The notes below the pieces were generated by a model. It made no database searches and was not told the DNA's origin. It saw only the letters and a program-made list of their open reading frames with translations. A DNA stretch of 32,000 bases, taken from the NCBI RefSeq assembly GCF_003231495.1, contig NZ_PQWO01000035.1, positions 1-32,000 on the forward strand, given 5' to 3'. Positions 17,828-27,455 of this stretch are shown here, one piece after another (the stretch's first letter is position 1; every line of letters begins with the position of its first letter). This stretch comes from Acaryochloris thomasi RCC1774 (lineage in GTDB: Bacteria; Cyanobacteriota; Cyanobacteriia; Thermosynechococcales; Thermosynechococcaceae). The translations under genes were made by a program, and so were the position numbers.

Positions 17828-18370
17828 TTATTCGGGAGCTATCACAGCTGTTAACCAAGGTCGGCTATTGGCGATGCCTAGCAGATGTTGGATGGCATGG
17901 ATATCGATGCCGAATTCTTCTCTCAGTTGAGTGACTCTACAGCTAAGATACTCCGAATAATCTAACTTGTTAAGACACTTAACCATTGTTCGCCGACCAA
18001 ATCTGAAACCCCAATCAAAGAGCATTAAGTGTGCTGGAGTAAATCTGTATGGCTTGGGATACAAAAGTCTTGCTGCAAATTTGAAGGCATGCACATGTTG
18101 CTCATTGGTGTCTGGATCATTACCCATCGTAAATCCAACGATAAAAGCTTCATCCTCAGCTGATATTCCTCGATCTAAAAGAATATGAAGGTAGTCATGC
18201 TCACGCAGATAAATTTGCCCCGGAAACGATAGCGGACTTGCAGGATTTTCAAGTAGCCAAACAGGTAAAGGAATACTGTGTTGTGGATCACCCGAAAATG
18301 CTGAGTAAGCTTCGTTGAGGGTGAAATCAATAGTTGGCTCATCTACCGGGACGATTAGCTGATTAACCAT
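17828..18370 (-). CDS. Coq4-like protein (HDxxH-x11-E motif); function unknown
   Basis: REHDYLHILLDRGISAEDEAFIVGF contains HDYLH followed 11 residues later by E, the metal-binding motif defined for the Coq4 family. 180 aa, in a lower-GC region. Its start overlaps the upstream gene stop by 16 nt. Confidence 0.5.
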   Translation of the reverse strand: MVNQLIVPVDEPTIDFTLNEAYSAFSGDPQHSIPLPVWLLENPASPLSFPGQIYLREHDYLHILLDRGISAEDEAFIVGFTMGNDPDTNEQHVHAFKFAARLLYPKPYRFTPAHLMLFDWGFRFGRRTMVKCLNKLDYSEYLSCRVTQLREEFGIDIHAIQHLLGIANSRPWLTAVIAPE

Positions 18371-18726
18371 CGGTAAATCCCCATGCAGTCAACGAAGAAA
18401 AATAGGGATATTGAGTAAACCATCATGGTCTGGTCTTGTTCCTTTATGCTGGCCATCACGAGCTGGCCAGAACTTAAGCCTAAAAATATAAAGCCATAGC
18501 CACTGACGGGTATATTAGCTGCAAGCAATATACCTCCAAGAATGGCAAAGAAACTGCTAGATAACTTTAGGTATTTTGTGAGAGGGCTTTTCCTAATAAG
18601 AATTGTTTTAGGTGTTTCCTCTGCAAAGTCCATTATGTGGTGGAGCTTAGAGTCAGTATATGGATTCCTCTCTGACTCTGTAGCGATGATCTCAGAAGTT
18701 TCTTGTGGATCCTCAGATACCAGCAT
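18355..18726 (-). CDS. Small membrane protein (123 aa): hydrophilic N-terminus plus three TM helices
   Basis: Helices are FFAILGGILLAANIPV, GYGFIFLGLSSGQLVMASI and MMVYSISLFFFVDCMGIYRWL. It is translationally coupled to the Coq4-like gene. No family recognised. Confidence 0.5.
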   Translation of the reverse strand: MLVSEDPQETSEIIATESERNPYTDSKLHHIMDFAEETPKTILIRKSPLTKYLKLSSSFFAILGGILLAANIPVSGYGFIFLGLSSGQLVMASIKEQDQTMMVYSISLFFFVDCMGIYRWLIS

Positions 18727-19348
18727 GATCTACTCTCAACTTTTGTGGGTAAACCTCCGTGGAGAATTGAATTTCTTCCAGAGGTATGAGAGTTCTACAC
18801 CTAAAATTTATATTCCTAACTTGCCTACTACTGTAGGGTTATGATAATTAAATATCTGTTAGTGGGCTAAACTATACGTTAAAAAAATCTATGCAAACTA
18901 TATTTCTAAAGTTGTTATAGGCTCTTTTGCGTGAACTCTCTGTATTTTTATTCTTCCACAATAAAAAATAGATTAATCAGTGATTTTACTGAAAATTTGA
19001 GGAGTTTGGGGGTAGGAATTTAAACTTTCTTGAAGGGCTCGCGAACTCTAGGGAATAAAAATTGTAGTCACATTGGCTTAGGCCCTAGGACGATGCTTTG
19101 TTTAGGTTCCGTTGAATGGAGTGAAATTTGCTAAAGATAAGGGGCGCTTTCTAGTTCGCCCTTTGCTGTGGTGGGGTTTGTGTCTTTCAGAACGCACCGC
19201 TCTAGATTCTTGGGAATCTGTTTCCACAATTGATTGTTTGGCGATGTGAGATGGTTGATCTGTTCCCTGGCAGCTCTTTTGCTTGACACAGGATGAATGG
19301 ATTGCCCCCTAAGGCTTTTGAGGGTTCTCCAATATTGACTTGGATGGT

Positions 19349-19966
19349 TTACTTCTGTTTTTTCAGCTTCTTCATCCGCTTTTCTAAAACTTCCGGATCC
19401 TCTCGGAGGGACTGTGCAACAGTGTTGATAGTCTCTTCTACCTCGCTGATGGGGAGTTGGTCGTCGGCTTCAAATGCGATCGCAACTTTATGCCCAGCTG
19501 CGAGGGGCACCAGATAAATTTCTGTAGTGATGAACCCGCTCTGATTTCGCTGGATTTGCAGTTCACCCGTTACCGGCCGCTCAAAAAAGCGTCGCTGTGG
19601 ATAGTTGGTCGACGGCGAATTGATGCCTAAGAAAAAATACTTCACATAGTTTATTAATTCCGCATCCTCCATATTCAAGAAGGAAAGTGTGTCTGGCGTG
19701 AGAGGCAAAACTCTGACCGTGATTCGTCGATCGTCAGAGACCACGCCTACCGTATCGTTTTTGAGCGCTTGCACCTCAGAAAAACCTGTCGGCGTTTCAA
19801 AAATGAGCCCCCGGGCCTGATGGACTTGCCGGTTATCAGAGTGGGCAACCGTTACTTCGGTCTGCTCCTGCTGCGACTCCTGGAGTGGTTGGGCCACAGC
19901 AGGCATCGCCGCCGCGACCAGTAGGCCGCACAGTAAAACAGGAAACTTGGGTAAGCGGTTCATCAT
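19349..19966 (-). CDS. Secreted/periplasmic hypothetical protein (205 aa)
   Basis: Clear signal peptide MMNRLPKFPVLLCGLLVAAAMPAVAQP, a soluble body and a Lys-rich tail KRMKKLKKQK. No motif recognised. Confidence 0.6.
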   Translation of the reverse strand: MMNRLPKFPVLLCGLLVAAAMPAVAQPLQESQQEQTEVTVAHSDNRQVHQARGLIFETPTGFSEVQALKNDTVGVVSDDRRITVRVLPLTPDTLSFLNMEDAELINYVKYFFLGINSPSTNYPQRRFFERPVTGELQIQRNQSGFITTEIYLVPLAAGHKVAIAFEADDQLPISEVEETINTVAQSLREDPEVLEKRMKKLKKQK

Positions 19967-19995
19967 TTAGACACCTAACGCGGGAACTAGGGCAG

Positions 19996-21384
19996 TTAAA
20001 TCATCTCCTCAGGCCGAACATAGCGATTAAACTCTTCGGCAGTGAGCAAATCCAGAGCAATACAGGTCTCTTGTAAAGTCTTCCCTTCTGCATGGGCTTT
20101 TTTAGCAACCTCAGCTGCTTTGTCATATCCAATATGAGGCGTTAGAGCCGTCACTAACATCAGAGAACGATCTAGATAAGCTTGAATCTGTCCTTGATTG
20201 GCCTTGATCCCCACCACTAGATACTGGGTGAACGCGCCACAGGCATCCGCCAGTAATCGTACAGAATGTAACAGGTTATGAATAATGACCGGCTTAAAAA
20301 CGTTGAGTTCTAAATTGCCCTGGCTCCCAGCCAAGCCAATGGCTGCATCATTACCGATCACCTGCACACACACCATCGTCATCGCTTCACACTGCGTGGG
20401 GTTAACCTTCCCCGGCATGATCGAAGATCCTGGCTCATTAGCGGGTAGATTTAGTTCTCCAAGGCCACAGCGTGGACCTGAGGCCAGCCAGCGGAGATCG
20501 TTGGCAATCTTCATCAGAGAGCAAGCTAGCGTCTTTAAGGTGCCACTCGCCATCACCAACGCATCATGGGCCGCAAGGGCCGCGAATTTATTCGGGGCGG
20601 TGACAAATAGCAGGCCCGTGAGGTCAGCAATCTGAGTTGCCACTTGGACCGCGAATTCAGGATGAGCATTGAGGCCCGTGCCCACCGCCGTACCGCCTAA
20701 AGCCAGGGGATATAGCTCAGGTAAAACCGTCTGGAGTCGATTCAGGTTTTGATCAAGCTGAGCTACATAGCCCGAGAATTCCTGCCCCAATGTTAAAGGG
20801 ACTGCATCCATTAGATGAGTACGGCCAATTTTGACGATGTCTTGAAAAGCTGCCGAACGTTCTGAGAGGGCGTCTCGCAGCTGCGTCACTTTTGGGATCA
20901 GGTGGCGCAGATCTTCCGCTGCTGCGATATGCATCGCGGTTGGGAAGGCATCGTTGGAAGATTGGGACAGATTGACGTGATCGTTGGGATGCACAGGCGT
21001 CTTGCTGCCGAGGACGCCCCCCGCCATTTCGATAGCGCGATTGGCGATCACCTCATTGGCGTTCATGTTGGACTGGGTGCCGCTTCCGGTTTGCCAAATC
21101 CGTAGCGGAAACTGCTGGTCGTGCTGGCCCTGTGCTACTTCTGCGGCGGCTGCAATAATCAGTGGGGCGATTTCGGGCGGTAGCTTGCCCAAAGATTGAT
21201 TGACAATAGCGGATGCCTGTTTGGTGATCCCCAAGGCTCGGATCATGCTGCTGGACAGGCGATCAAAACCAATATCAAAGTGCTGCAGCGATCGCTGGGT
21301 CTGTGCTCCCCAGTAGCAGTCGCAAGGTACAGCGATGGTCCCCATACTGTCCGTTTCGAGGCGGGTCTCAACTTGAGCCGTCAT
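19996..21384 (-). CDS. fumC: Fumarate hydratase, class II
   Basis: The [15 protein letters not shown] signature, the start [14 protein letters not shown] and the [15 protein letters not shown] motif. 462 aa. Confidence 0.95.
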   Translation of the reverse strand: MTAQVETRLETDSMGTIAVPCDCYWGAQTQRSLQHFDIGFDRLSSSMIRALGITKQASAIVNQSLGKLPPEIAPLIIAAAAEVAQGQHDQQFPLRIWQTGSGTQSNMNANEVIANRAIEMAGGVLGSKTPVHPNDHVNLSQSSNDAFPTAMHIAAAEDLRHLIPKVTQLRDALSERSAAFQDIVKIGRTHLMDAVPLTLGQEFSGYVAQLDQNLNRLQTVLPELYPLALGGTAVGTGLNAHPEFAVQVATQIADLTGLLFVTAPNKFAALAAHDALVMASGTLKTLACSLMKIANDLRWLASGPRCGLGELNLPANEPGSSIMPGKVNPTQCEAMTMVCVQVIGNDAAIGLAGSQGNLELNVFKPVIIHNLLHSVRLLADACGAFTQYLVVGIKANQGQIQAYLDRSLMLVTALTPHIGYDKAAEVAKKAHAEGKTLQETCIALDLLTAEEFNRYVRPEEMI

Positions 21385-21403
21385 CTATGATTGTCCTCTG
21401 CCT

Positions 21404-21550
21404 TTACGGGTCGATCGTACAACCCTCAGAGCTGAGATTGAGAACTAGAGGATGCCAATTCTCTGATCCGGCTTGGGCATAGGCACAGCGGGATGGTCTA
21501 CTGGCGGCGGAAAGTCCGATGCAAAGCAAGGCGAGCAGTGCTACGGTCAT
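21404..21550 (-). CDS. Possible small secreted peptide (48 aa) just upstream of fumC
   Basis: The internal ATG at 21550 gives MTVALLALLCIGLSAASRPSRCAYAQAGSENWHPLVLNLSSEGCTIDP, with a signal-like N-terminus and GGACGGGG upstream. There is no homology support, and the 77-aa version from the track looks over-extended. Confidence 0.2.
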   Translation of the reverse strand: MTVALLALLCIGLSAASRPSRCAYAQAGSENWHPLVLNLSSEGCTIDP

Positions 21551-21986
21551 GTGCCCCGTCCAGCCTGGATGCTGGCGCGGATGATGGCTCCGCAAACGGA
21601 AGAAACTATTCATAGCTTTGTGCGTGAATGTGAGCACTGATTGTATAGATGATTCGTCAATCAGTGAGCGAGAGTGCTGGAGTGATGTGATTGTGAGAGA
21701 CGGTTCTAAGTCTGGGGGAGATTCACTGCTGTCTAGAGTATGCCCATACCAGGCTGCTAGCGGACATTTTTATTTTATGAGAGTTTGTGTGCTGTGCTTA
21801 TGGCAGTGATAGATATCGCTAAAAAGCAGAATTGAGGCTTGCATGATCGGGCAGAATCGTCCATCATGTCGGCGATGGCTCAGAATCTAGAGTGCTAAAG
21901 CATTTTTTGGTGACTTGGAGGAACCTATCGGTAGGGCGCATCAGTCTGGTTGTCAGTGGCTTAGCCATGAAGCTTATAAAGGTCGG

Positions 21987-23036
21987 ATGCCTGTGAAAAT
22001 TGCGTGGATAGCGTTAGTGGCTCTTGGGGTTGTCAGCGGTGCTGATGCCGCGTGGGCGGGCAAACTGACCTACTGGCGTTTTAATAGCCAGCAAAGCCGG
22101 GTGGATTTGATTACGGATACGGGCACAAAACCGAAGGCTGTTGTCATTCATAACCCCACTCGTCTGATTATTGATTTACCCAATACATCTATTAGAAAGA
22201 AAAAAAGACAGAAGCGGATTAGCGAATACGTTAAAGAAGTACGCGTTGCCCAGTTCAGCAAATGGACCACGCGTGTTGTCGTGGAATTGGATAAGGATTA
22301 CTCTCTTCGAGCTGATCAGGTTAAGGTGCGGGGCCTCGCTCCCAATCGCTGGTATGTCCAGCTGCCTAAATTTTTGGCCATTCGTGATCTCAATCGCAAA
22401 GCTTTAATTACAAGATCCGTTACAGTGCCGCAGCCAAAGCTCCCGCAGCCAACGGTCTCTGCGGGCGGTTCTTCAGCTCCGATTGCGGTAAAGCCGGGGG
22501 CAAAGGTGGTCCTCATTGATCCGGGGCATGGGGGGCGTGATCCCGGTGCTGTGGGTCGAGGAGGGCTGCAGGAAAAGCGGGTGGTTCTGCCGGTTTCGTT
22601 GAGGGTTGTGGAAGAACTGCGGCGACGGGGTGTCAATGCCCAGCTCACGCGTAGCTCAGATCAGACGGTTGATTTAGCGCCTCGCGTCCGTAAGGCAGAA
22701 GGTCTAAATGCAGATATATTTGTGAGCATTCACGCCAATGCGATTAGCTTGAGCCGCCCAGAGATCAATGGTCTGGAAACGTTCTATTACCAAACGGGAA
22801 GCAGGCTGGCGAGTAATATCCACCGCAGTATTCTGCAATCGGTCAATGTTAAAGACCGGCGAATTCGCCAGGCTCGATTCTATGTCCTCCGCAAGACGTC
22901 GATGCCTGCAGTGTTGGTGGAGCTGGGGTACGTGACGGGGAGTACCGATGCACCTCGTCTAGCGACAAAGGCCCATCAGGATCAGCTGGCAGTTGCGATC
23001 GCAAACGGCGTGATCAACTACATCCAAGGCCGATAG
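21987..23036 (+). CDS. N-acetylmuramoyl-L-alanine amidase with an N-terminal AMIN domain (AmiC-like)
   Basis: Signal peptide MPVKIAWIALVALGVVSGADAAWA. The AMIN-like region is LTYWRFNSQQSRVDLITDTG...RLIIDLPNT...VRVAQFS...TRVVVEL. The Amidase_3 core is VVLIDPGHGGRDPGAVG...FVSIHANA...ETFYY...PAVLVELGYVT. I prefer the ATG at 21987 to the TTG at 21915. Confidence 0.85.
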   Translation: MPVKIAWIALVALGVVSGADAAWAGKLTYWRFNSQQSRVDLITDTGTKPKAVVIHNPTRLIIDLPNTSIRKKKRQKRISEYVKEVRVAQFSKWTTRVVVELDKDYSLRADQVKVRGLAPNRWYVQLPKFLAIRDLNRKALITRSVTVPQPKLPQPTVSAGGSSAPIAVKPGAKVVLIDPGHGGRDPGAVGRGGLQEKRVVLPVSLRVVEELRRRGVNAQLTRSSDQTVDLAPRVRKAEGLNADIFVSIHANAISLSRPEINGLETFYYQTGSRLASNIHRSILQSVNVKDRRIRQARFYVLRKTSMPAVLVELGYVTGSTDAPRLATKAHQDQLAVAIANGVINYIQGR

Positions 23037-23038
23037 CG

Positions 23039-23503
23039 CTAATAGTCAGCTCTCTTCATCGCCCGCTGCATCTCACGCTTATCCTGACGCTCCTTCACCG
23101 CCTCTCGCTTATCGTGGAGTTTCTTACCGCGCGCGAGAGCAATTTCCACCTTCATCCAGCCTCGCTTGGCGTATAGCTTCGTGGGTACGAGCGTTAACCC
23201 CTTCTGCTCCGTTTTACCGATCAGCTTACTAATCTCTTGCTTGTGCATCAGTAGTCGACGCTTACGTCGGGGTTCATGATTAAACGCCTGCCCCACATTA
23301 CTCAGTGGAGAAATATGTACATTCATCAACCAAGCTTCGCCCTTCCAAATACTGGCAAAGCCATCCCTGAGATTCACCCGACCCGCTCGGATAGATTTGA
23401 CCTCAGTCCCTGTTAGCTCAATTCCAGCCTCAAACGTTTCCATAATTTCATAGAGAAAACGGGCCTGACGATTATCGCTAATTAACTTATAAGACTCACT
23501 CAT
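23039..23503 (-). CDS. smpB: SsrA-binding protein SmpB
   Basis: ISDNRQARFLYEI...AGIELTGTEVKSIR...RKRRLLMHKQEI is strongly conserved SmpB sequence. 154 aa. Confidence 0.95.
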   Translation of the reverse strand: MSESYKLISDNRQARFLYEIMETFEAGIELTGTEVKSIRAGRVNLRDGFASIWKGEAWLMNVHISPLSNVGQAFNHEPRRKRRLLMHKQEISKLIGKTEQKGLTLVPTKLYAKRGWMKVEIALARGKKLHDKREAVKERQDKREMQRAMKRADY

Positions 23504-23610
23504 ACTCTTATCTTAGCGTGGCCTGAACGATACTGACTTCCATCTCAAAAGCCTTAGGGTAAACGCTGGTAGCATGGTGAAGAACGCAATTACATTTAGA
23601 TCAAGTTCTT

Positions 23611-23928
23611 ATGGCTGCAGCAGTAATCAAGTTTTCCTCTGAAGACTGTGGAATCTGTCACAAGATGTCCTTTTACGATCAGAAAGTCACCGAAGAATTG
23701 GGACTGGAATTTGTAGATGTCAAAATGCAGGATACCGAAACTTACCGCAAATACCGCAAAGTTTTGCTGTCCCAGTACCCCGATAAATCAGAGATGGGCT
23801 GGCCCACTTATATTATTTGCGACAACCCCAATGCCGATTTTCAGATCTTGGGCGAAGTGAAAGGCGGACATCCGAAGGGCGAGTTTAGAAGTCGGCTGCA
23901 GGCCGTTATTGCTGGAGGTAATGGGTAA
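23611..23928 (+). CDS. Thioredoxin-fold protein with a CGIC active-site motif
   Basis: 105 aa. A CxxC (SEDCGICHKM) lies near the N-terminus and a WPTYII segment is consistent with the cis-Pro loop of thioredoxin-like folds. Confidence 0.65.
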   Translation: MAAAVIKFSSEDCGICHKMSFYDQKVTEELGLEFVDVKMQDTETYRKYRKVLLSQYPDKSEMGWPTYIICDNPNADFQILGEVKGGHPKGEFRSRLQAVIAGGNG

Positions 23929-23991
23929 CAGATGGTCGATTACTGAAACGCCTTCTCCCTTACCTGACACCCACGACCTCTACGCTAAACC

Positions 23992-25446
23992 ATGCCATCA
24001 ACAACAAAGCTCTACTCTTCACGATCTCGCTCCAGTCACCGTCTGAGTAGAGTCTTTGTAAAGATTATGGCGCTGGTGGCAGCCGTTGATCTAGGCGTCG
24101 TTTTTTTTGATTACACCTATATTTCCATGCGGGATATCTACCTATCCCGCTTTCCCTGGATTGCTCAGCAGTATGATCCCATCAAAGCCATTGAACCCTA
24201 TCGAGACACACAGCAATATCTCAACGTTGTAGAGACACTGAAACAGGCAGGACCGCAGCCCAGTGCTGAACGCAATGCGATCTTGGCCGATTTACGCGAT
24301 CGCAGCCTCGAAATGATCGTAGAGAATCCCTTTGAAGCTGCCAACAAATCGGGCACCCTCGAAAAAATCAAGAATCGGATGCGGGACTACCAACCTAACC
24401 CAGAAGATTCCTCAAAACAGGCATTTCAAGAGTTCTGGTCCGCCGAACGTCTCACCCCTCAAAACTGGGCATCAGAGCTAGCATTTTTTGACAAAAAAAT
24501 TAGCCCCCTGATTGCCTCCAACTACTATCGCCCCATCGCTGAGAATAACCTACCCGTCGATTATTTCTGGCGTATTGACCTCATTTTTATCGGCATTTTT
24601 GGTATTGAGTTGCTGCTGCGGACCCTTTACCTCAGCCGCCGTAATGATATGACCTGGCGAGATGCCATCCTGTGGCGATGGTATGACCTGCTGCTGCTGC
24701 TGCCGTTCTGGCGGTTGTTGAGGGTCATTCCCGTGGCGCTGCGCCTCCATCAGGCGCGCTTCATCGATCTCAGTAGAGCGCAAATACTGATGAATCGTTT
24801 CCTCGCAGAGAACATTGCCGGAGAGGTGACTGAGCTAGCCATCATCCAAGGGATTACCGTCGCTCAAACCTCCATTGAGCAAGGAGCCATTCGAGAGTGG
24901 CTATCGGTCGCAGCCGCACCCACCGTTGAAATCAACGACGTCAATGAGATTGATGAGTTAATCAATCAAGTTCTAACGCTGACCGTGCGTCGCGTCTTGC
25001 CTACCATTCAATCTGACCTAGAAATTCTCCTTCGCCACGCAACCACCGAAGCCCTTGCAGGGCTGCCCTTCTATCGCGAGGTACAGAGGCTACCGGGCGT
25101 AGGGCAGTTGCCAACCGAGATTGCCAATCAGGTGATTCACCAAGTCACTCAAGCAGCCTACGGCGGTTTAGATCAAGCCCTCTCCGATCAGGAAGGTCGG
25201 CTACTGTTCAACAATCTTGCAGAGCAATTTACGCGCTCCTTGCGAGCAGAACTACAGGACCGCCAGACCTTAAATAAACTACAGTCGCTACTGTCTGATC
25301 TGCTAGAAGAAACAAAACTGACCATTATCAAACGCTTAGAGACGGAAGATATCGATCGCACAATCGTTCAGGCTCAAGAGCTGCGACAAACGGATTCAGA
25401 GAAGAAAAAACTGCCCACCGTTGAAGTGATTTCCCCTTCTCGATAA
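23992..25446 (+). CDS. Membrane protein with ion-channel voltage-sensor-like helices (S1-S4-like) and a long soluble C-terminal domain; function unknown
   Basis: 484 aa. TM1 is VKIMALVAAVDLGVVFF. After about 145 aa comes FWRIDLIFIGIFGIELLLRTLYLSRR (S2-like F..E...R), then WRWYDLLLLLPFW (S3-like W..D....P), then RLLRVIPVALRLHQAR (S4-like). I see no further hydrophobic helices or pore-like segment in the last ~220 aa. Confidence 0.65.
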   Translation: MPSTTKLYSSRSRSSHRLSRVFVKIMALVAAVDLGVVFFDYTYISMRDIYLSRFPWIAQQYDPIKAIEPYRDTQQYLNVVETLKQAGPQPSAERNAILADLRDRSLEMIVENPFEAANKSGTLEKIKNRMRDYQPNPEDSSKQAFQEFWSAERLTPQNWASELAFFDKKISPLIASNYYRPIAENNLPVDYFWRIDLIFIGIFGIELLLRTLYLSRRNDMTWRDAILWRWYDLLLLLPFWRLLRVIPVALRLHQARFIDLSRAQILMNRFLAENIAGEVTELAIIQGITVAQTSIEQGAIREWLSVAAAPTVEINDVNEIDELINQVLTLTVRRVLPTIQSDLEILLRHATTEALAGLPFYREVQRLPGVGQLPTEIANQVIHQVTQAAYGGLDQALSDQEGRLLFNNLAEQFTRSLRAELQDRQTLNKLQSLLSDLLEETKLTIIKRLETEDIDRTIVQAQELRQTDSEKKKLPTVEVISPSR

Positions 25447-25577
25447 AACTTCATCTCACAACAGCTCTTGTCTCAAGGAAAATACAGATTTGTAGCAGCC
25501 TGCGCTAAACTGAAAAGCGTTAGGATTGCACCCTCGTGCGCTTCTATCTCAAGTCTCGCCAAAATAAAGTGTGAGGA

Positions 25578-25600
25578 GTGGGTTACAGCCCGCTTTTTTT
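25578..25600 (+). terminator. Weak intrinsic-terminator-like hairpin plus T7 tract, 24 nt upstream of the rimP start
   Basis: GTGGG-ttacag-CCCGC forms a 5-bp stem including one G-U pair, followed directly by TTTTTTT (25594-25600). Confidence 0.35.
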
Positions 25601-25624
25601 ATTGACTGCCAATTATCAGATTTA

Positions 25625-26086
25625 ATGTCCCATCCCGTTATTCCTCAAGTATTGGCCCTCGCAAAGCCAGTAGCAAAAGCTCTAGAGCTAGAGATAGTCG
25701 ATGCTGTGTATCACACGCATCAGCAGCCCCCGACCTTGAGGGTCGATGTTCGCAGTTGTAAAGAAGACACCAACCTTGAAGACTGTGAGCGCATGAGCCG
25801 ATCCTTGGAAACGGCTCTAGATGAAGCTGATGTGATGCCAGAGGCCTACGTCTTAGAGATTTCTAGTCCGGGTGTATCAGAGTTTTTGACCCAAGATCGA
25901 GACTTTACTGCCTTCCGCAGCTTTCCCGTTGCGGTACAAACCAACGAACCCTTCAAAGGACATCAGGTCTGGACTGGAACGCTGACCAGCCGGGATCAAG
26001 ATTGGATTCATCTCAATCAGAAAGGGCGCTCAGTGTCTATCCCTCGCGCACTCGTTTCACAGGTGCAGCTTCAAGACCCACCTTAA
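25625..26086 (+). CDS. rimP: Ribosome maturation factor RimP
   Basis: It sits immediately upstream of nusA. LEISSPGVSEFL matches the conserved RimP EVSSPG motif, and the N-terminus is ALELEIVDAV. I prefer the ATG at 25625 to the GTG at 25571. Confidence 0.85.
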   Translation: MSHPVIPQVLALAKPVAKALELEIVDAVYHTHQQPPTLRVDVRSCKEDTNLEDCERMSRSLETALDEADVMPEAYVLEISSPGVSEFLTQDRDFTAFRSFPVAVQTNEPFKGHQVWTGTLTSRDQDWIHLNQKGRSVSIPRALVSQVQLQDPP

Positions 26087-26159
26087 CTTTGGCCGATTCT
26101 TCAGACTTCAAAAATTCAGCCAGCCGCCCAACGATCCTTTACTTGCACGGAGATAGCCT

Positions 26160-27455
26160 ATGTCAATGGTTCAACTGCCTGGTCTAGCAGAAATGATCAA
26201 CACCATCAGTCGTGAGCGTAATCTCCCGAAACACGCCGTAGAGGCCGCTCTACAGGAAGCATTGCTCAAAGGCTACGAACGCTACCGGCGCACACTCCTG
26301 CTGGATACATTCATGCAGTTCGAAGAAGGATATTTCGAAAACTTTGATGTTGAACTCGATATTGAAGAAGAAGGTTTTTTAGTATTAGCGACCAAAACTA
26401 TTATTGCTGAGGTTGAAAATCCTGACCATCAGATTGCCTTAGCAGAAGTATTAGAAGTGGCACCAGAAGCGCAAGCAGGCGACACCGTTGTTTTAGATGT
26501 CACGCCTGACCAAGGCGATTTTGGTCGGATGGCTGCGATTCAAACTAAGCAAGTTCTATCTCAGAAGTTACGTGACCAGCAGCGAAAGCTCATCCAAGAA
26601 GAATTCCAGGACTTAGAGAAAACGGTTCTGCAGGCACGGGTGCTTCGCTTTGAAAGACGTTCGGTGATCATGGCAATTACCTCTGGTTTTGGACAGCCAG
26701 AAGTGGAAGCTGAGCTATCTAAGCGGGAGCAGTTACCCAACGATAACTATCGAGCCAACGCGACCTTTAAAGTATTCCTAAAGCGAGTTGCAGATGGCCC
26801 CCATAGAGGCCCGCAACTTGTTGTTTCTAGGGCTGATGCAGGCCTAGTCGTCTATCTATTTGCCAACGAAGTACCCGAAATTGAAGACGAAGTCGTCCGC
26901 ATTGTTGCGGTGGCGCGTGAAGCCAACCCTCCTTCTCGTCAGGTAGGGCCTAGGACAAAAATTGCAGTGGACACATTGGAAAGAGATGTCGATCCGGTGG
27001 GTGCCTGCATCGGTGCTCGTGGCTCGCGGATTCAGGCCGTTGTCAATGAGTTGCGAGGCGAGAAAATCGACGTCATTCGTTGGTCACCAGACCCTGCCAC
27101 CTACATTTCCAATGCTCTCAGTCCGGCTCGTGTCGATGCCGTTGTTTTAGCCAATACCGAAGATCGTCAGGCCCATGTCCTCGTGGCTGAAGATCAGCTG
27201 AGTTTGGCGATTGGTAAAGAGGGACAGAACGTTAGGCTCGCGGCTCGCTTGACGGGTTGGAAGATTGATATTAAGGATAGTGCGAAATATGAGCTTGATG
27301 CTGAATTTGGTGCAGCTGACGACACGTCTGCAGAAGAAGAACTGGAAACAGAGCCTCAGACAGAGCTAGGCAGTGAAGGGGAGGCCTCCAGCATGAGTGC
27401 TGAAGCTGAGGAAGTGGTTGAGGACGTTGTAGAACCCGTTGGAGATGAAGGATGA
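26160..27455 (+). CDS. nusA: Transcription termination/antitermination factor NusA
   Basis: The start is INTISRERNLPKHAVEAALQEALLKGYER. S1 and tandem KH regions are present (DPVGACIGARGSRIQAVVNELRGEKIDVIRW; LSLAIGKEGQNVRLAARLTGWKIDI), followed by an acidic tail. Confidence 0.95.
   Translation: MSMVQLPGLAEMINTISRERNLPKHAVEAALQEALLKGYERYRRTLLLDTFMQFEEGYFENFDVELDIEEEGFLVLATKTIIAEVENPDHQIALAEVLEVAPEAQAGDTVVLDVTPDQGDFGRMAAIQTKQVLSQKLRDQQRKLIQEEFQDLEKTVLQARVLRFERRSVIMAITSGFGQPEVEAELSKREQLPNDNYRANATFKVFLKRVADGPHRGPQLVVSRADAGLVVYLFANEVPEIEDEVVRIVAVAREANPPSRQVGPRTKIAVDTLERDVDPVGACIGARGSRIQAVVNELRGEKIDVIRWSPDPATYISNALSPARVDAVVLANTEDRQAHVLVAEDQLSLAIGKEGQNVRLAARLTGWKIDIKDSAKYELDAEFGAADDTSAEEELETEPQTELGSEGEASSMSAEAEEVVEDVVEPVGDEG

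Noticed and set aside
21509-21517. GGAAAGTCC, reminiscent of the universally conserved RNase P RNA P4 segment
   Set aside because: The flanking sequence lacks the rest of the conserved core (no GGGCTCC continuation, no ACAGAA.ATACCGCC or other conserved blocks), so it is a chance 9-mer.
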